NCBI GenBank assembly: GCA_964511535.1
Contig: CAZEFW010000013.1
Location: 3,861-67,860 of the forward strand
Direction of reading: 5' to 3'
Source of the DNA: an uncultured Myxococcales bacterium
GTDB taxonomy: Bacteria; Myxococcota_A; Polyangia; GCA-2747355; CAZCFB01
Length of the DNA stretch: 64,000 nt
Shown here one piece after another: positions 60,902 through 64,000 of the stretch (position 1 is its first letter; each line of letters begins with the position of its first letter). A program made the position numbers and the translations under genes. The notes under the pieces were generated by a model. The model was not told the DNA's origin. It worked only from the letters and a program-made list of their open reading frames with translations, and did not search any database.

Positions 60902-62755
60902 ATGAGCACGATTGACCAGTACTGGCGTCGTCTGGAGGGCTGGCGCCCGCTTCGCGCTTGCCTCAACCGCGTCTTCGCGCCCGATGAACTCGCTCAGATT
61001 CTGGCCGCACGCCCGGCCCCGGACGCCGAGCCCTGTCCGGTGGCGTACTGCGTGTACGAGAACCCGTTCGCGGTGGGGGGTGGGGTGTACCAGGTGGCGT
61101 GGAACCTGGCGCGCGCCCAGCGACAGCGCGGACGCCAGGTCGTGCTGCTCAGCCCGCACCACGGGCGCCTCGCCACTGCGCCGGACCCCCGGCATCTGAA
61201 TCGCACCGGGCAGGTGGAGGTCCCCTTCGGCGATGGTCTGGTGCCGGTGGCGCTGCTGGAGCCGAACTGGCCGGAGATCCTCGCCGCCCGGGGCGTCCCC
61301 GATAGCGACGCCCCGCCGCACACGGAGGCGCGCTGGGTTCTGCTCGACGCGCCTGGGTTCTTCGAGGCCAGCGGCGGCGACGGCGGGACCAGCCCGTACG
61401 CCGGCGGCGAGGACGAAGAGGCGTCCCTGCTGCGGGACAGCCTGCTGCTGTGCGCGGCGATCCCCCGGGCCCTGGCCGCCCTCGGGCTCACCCGCGACGT
61501 CATGGTCCACGCCCAGGACTGGGAGCTGGCGAGCGTCGCGCTGACCGTAAAAGAGGCGCTGCTGGCGCCGCCCGACGGCCGGGTGCCCCTGCTGCACTCC
61601 GCCGCGGTGGTGCTCACCAGCCACAACCCGTACGACCGCCACCTGCCCCGGGAGCTGCTGCGGCTCATCTCGGCCAGGCCGCTCCCGGGCGAGACGGTAT
61701 ACCAGCGCATGATCCCGCTGACCGACGCGCCGGTCTCCACAGTCAGCCGCACCTTCGCCCGGGAGCTGACCCGGGATCCGCTGCTGGCCGGGGTCTACGC
61801 CGAGCACATGCGCGGAGCCCTGCGCGGCCAGGGCGTGGTGGGCGTGGACAACGGCCCGTTCCGCACAGGGGATCCGCCCTTCAGCGCCAAGGCAGTGAGC
61901 TCGGCCAGGGCCGGGGATCCCGGAGAGATCCTGGAGCAGAAACAGGCGGCGCGCTTCGCCATGCTCCGGCTGCTGGACGACCATCGGCCGGACGGGGTCA
62001 TCGGCCAGCTGGAGGGCGAGCCTGACTGCCCGGCGACGACCCTGGCCGACGATGTCCCGGTGTTCATGATGTATGGGCGGCTGGATCCGGGGCAGAAGGG
62101 GTTCGACCTGCTGGCCCGGGCAATGGAGCTGCTGCCCAGGGGGCGGGCCCGGCTGGTGCTCGCGCCGAGCCAGGCCTCGGCCGGGGATCCTTTCCTGGAC
62201 GATCTGGCGCGCCTGGCAGAGAACCGAAAGGGCGAGGTGGTCATCTACCCCTTCATCCTCGGCGGGCTGCACTCGGACCTGGTGTCAGGGGCGACCTTCA
62301 CGGTGTGGCCGTCCCTGTATGAGCCCTTCGGCGGAGCCAGCGAATCCTACCTGGCCGGCACGCCCATCGTGGCGCGGGCCACCGGGGGCCTGGTCCAGCA
62401 GGTGGTGGACGCCGACGCCGATCCGGCCTCGGGGACCGGCTTCCTGTTCGCCGAGGACCCGAGCCCGCCCGCCGGCGAGGGGCGCGACGCCTACCTGGCC
62501 CGGAGCTGGCGCCGGATCCAGGAGCTCCGGACGCCGGATGAGCGGCAGCAGGTGCCGCTGTACTGGCACCTGGTGGGTGGACTGGCCGCGGCGCTGACCC
62601 GCGCAGAGCAGGTCCACGCCAGGCAGCCCCGGCGGTACGGCGCCATGCTGGCCAACCTCGAGCAGGCGCGCAGACGCCACGACTGGGACCGGGCCGCCTC
62701 GGAGTACGACCTGCTGTACGGGGTCGCCGCCGCGCAGGGGAGCGACGGCCGGTGA
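60902..62755 (+). CDS. Glycogen/starch synthase-like glycosyltransferase (GT-B)
   Basis: GGAGA RBS; ENPFAVGGGV, HAQDW, TSHN, STVS.TFA.E, GVDNG, GRLDPGQKG.D, PSLYEPFG, PIVARATGGL, TGFLF. Confidence 0.85.
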   Translation: MSTIDQYWRRLEGWRPLRACLNRVFAPDELAQILAARPAPDAEPCPVAYCVYENPFAVGGGVYQVAWNLARAQRQRGRQVVLLSPHHGRLATAPDPRHLNRTGQVEVPFGDGLVPVALLEPNWPEILAARGVPDSDAPPHTEARWVLLDAPGFFEASGGDGGTSPYAGGEDEEASLLRDSLLLCAAIPRALAALGLTRDVMVHAQDWELASVALTVKEALLAPPDGRVPLLHSAAVVLTSHNPYDRHLPRELLRLISARPLPGETVYQRMIPLTDAPVSTVSRTFARELTRDPLLAGVYAEHMRGALRGQGVVGVDNGPFRTGDPPFSAKAVSSARAGDPGEILEQKQAARFAMLRLLDDHRPDGVIGQLEGEPDCPATTLADDVPVFMMYGRLDPGQKGFDLLARAMELLPRGRARLVLAPSQASAGDPFLDDLARLAENRKGEVVIYPFILGGLHSDLVSGATFTVWPSLYEPFGGASESYLAGTPIVARATGGLVQQVVDADADPASGTGFLFAEDPSPPAGEGRDAYLARSWRRIQELRTPDERQQVPLYWHLVGGLAAALTRAEQVHARQPRRYGAMLANLEQARRRHDWDRAASEYDLLYGVAAAQGSDGR

Positions 62756-63849
62756 AGGTCCTGTTCCTGCACTCCTCCGGGGACAACATCGCGGGCAGCG
62801 AGCTGGTGCTGCTCAAGCTGCTGCGGGGCCTGTCCGGAGCGGTGGAGTGTGCGGTGGCGCTCCCCGGCGAGGGCCGCTTCTTCAGCATGCTCGGCGACGA
62901 GGGGGTGCGCGTGGTGAGCGCCGGGCTGGAGGCCACCGAGAGCCTGGATCCGCGGCCGCTGGTGTCAAGCCTGCCGCGGTTCGCCCGGCTCCTGCAGCAG
63001 GAGGCGCCCGATCTGGTGCACACCAGCAGCGCCTCGCCAGTTCAGTACGCCTGGCCCGCCTGCAGTCAGCTCGGAGTGCCGCTGGTTTGCCACCTGCAAG
63101 CGCCTTACGAGGCAGACGAGATCAGCCTGCTGCAGGTGCACCGGGCGGACCGGATCATCGCGCTGAGCCGGTTCATCCGGACCATGCTGGAGCCTGCCGT
63201 GCGCGAGCGTGCCACGGTGATCCACAGCGGCGTCGAGCTGCCGCGGATGCTCACCAGGCAGCAGCGAGCCGGGGTGCGCGCGGAGCTCGGGCTGGCGAGC
63301 GAGGCCCCGGTGGTGTGCTACGCGGGGCAGCTGATCCACCGCAAGGGGGTGGACACCCTGATGCAGGCCCTGGGCAGGCTGCAGCGGATCTTCCCCTGCA
63401 TCCAGCTGGTCATGGTGGGGCGGGATGACTCGGCCTACGCCGGGGAGCTGCGGGCGATGGCCGCCCCCCTGGGCATCGCGCAGCGCATCACCTGGACTGG
63501 CTTCAGGGATGATGTTCAGCGGCTGATGGCGGCCGCGGACCTGGTGGCGGTACCCTCCCGCAGCGAGGGGCTGGGGCGCGTGGCAGCCGAGGCGCTGGCC
63601 GTGGGCACGCCGGTGGTGGCCAGCCGCACCGGCGGTCTGCCCGAGATGGTGGAGGACGGCCGAAACGGCTTCCTGGTTCCGGTGGGCAGCCCGGACCGGC
63701 TGGCGGACGGCATGACGCTGCTGCTGGCGAACCCCACAGTGGCCGCCTCCATGGGGCGCCGCGGGCGCAAGAAGATGGCGGCGGAGTTCTCCCTGGAGCA
63801 GGAGCTTCAGCAGGTGGTCAGCGAGTACGAGGCTTTGCTCGCTTCCTGA
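62752..63849 (+). CDS. GT4 family glycosyltransferase
   Basis: GTG overlaps the previous stop; AGSE, PDLVH, AGQL..RKG, GFRDD, PSRSEGLG...AEA (Ex7E), GGLPE, NGFLVP. Confidence 0.92.
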   Translation: MKVLFLHSSGDNIAGSELVLLKLLRGLSGAVECAVALPGEGRFFSMLGDEGVRVVSAGLEATESLDPRPLVSSLPRFARLLQQEAPDLVHTSSASPVQYAWPACSQLGVPLVCHLQAPYEADEISLLQVHRADRIIALSRFIRTMLEPAVRERATVIHSGVELPRMLTRQQRAGVRAELGLASEAPVVCYAGQLIHRKGVDTLMQALGRLQRIFPCIQLVMVGRDDSAYAGELRAMAAPLGIAQRITWTGFRDDVQRLMAAADLVAVPSRSEGLGRVAAEALAVGTPVVASRTGGLPEMVEDGRNGFLVPVGSPDRLADGMTLLLANPTVAASMGRRGRKKMAAEFSLEQELQQVVSEYEALLAS

Positions 63850-64000
63850 TGGGGGCGGACGGCGCGCCGGTGATGCGGAACTTGTAGTCCATGTTGTAGG
63901 TCCGCACGAACAGCGCGCTGCCCCGGCGCAGGATGAACGACGGGCCGGTCTTGAGCTTCAGGCGCTGGGCCACCTTGCCGGTGGCGCGGTCGAGCACGTA
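63818..64000 (-). CDS. 3' end of a CDS entering from the right edge (beta-propeller-like C-terminus)
   Basis: Open frame YVLDRATGKVAQRLKLKTGPSFILRRGSALFVRTYNMDYKFRI...; TGA at 63820-63818 overlaps the GT4 3' end. Confidence 0.6.
   Translation of the reverse strand, partial: YVLDRATGKVAQRLKLKTGPSFILRRGSALFVRTYNMDYKFRITGAPSAPIRKRAKPRTR

Overview
GC-rich (about 70% by eye), gene-dense chromosomal segment whose gene content points to a Myxococcota/deltaproteobacterium: giant TPR protein, Ser/Thr kinase with PEGA domain, PilY1, many Cys-rich and Pro/Asp-stalk lipoproteins. About 43 CDSs are supportable. The left third is mostly housekeeping and regulatory: recJ, speB, PilZ protein, GT2, a five-gene solute-binding protein/histidine kinase/sigma54 regulator operon, a transpeptidase, an epimerase/acyltransferase pair and mutL. 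The middle (19.5-50 kb) is a long run of secreted and lipoproteins. The right end holds a TPR/kinase/PEGA/NHL operon and two glycosyltransferases. No rRNA, tRNA, CRISPR array, transposase, integrase or reverse transcriptase was recognised. Best leads: (1) four ~160-bp non-coding elements that share a covarying, ERIC-like structured core but have three different terminal inverted repeats; (2) a cationic lipoprotein resembling eukaryotic BPI/LBP, in an apparent operon with an M23 peptidase carrying a polycationic tail; (3) tandem propeller lipoproteins with a near-identical N-half and a divergent, lower-GC C-half; (4) a candidate clan-CD cysteine protease under a sigma54 promoter, which shares an exact 16-bp upstream motif with a gene 31 kb away. 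All family calls come from motif recognition by eye; no database searches were run.
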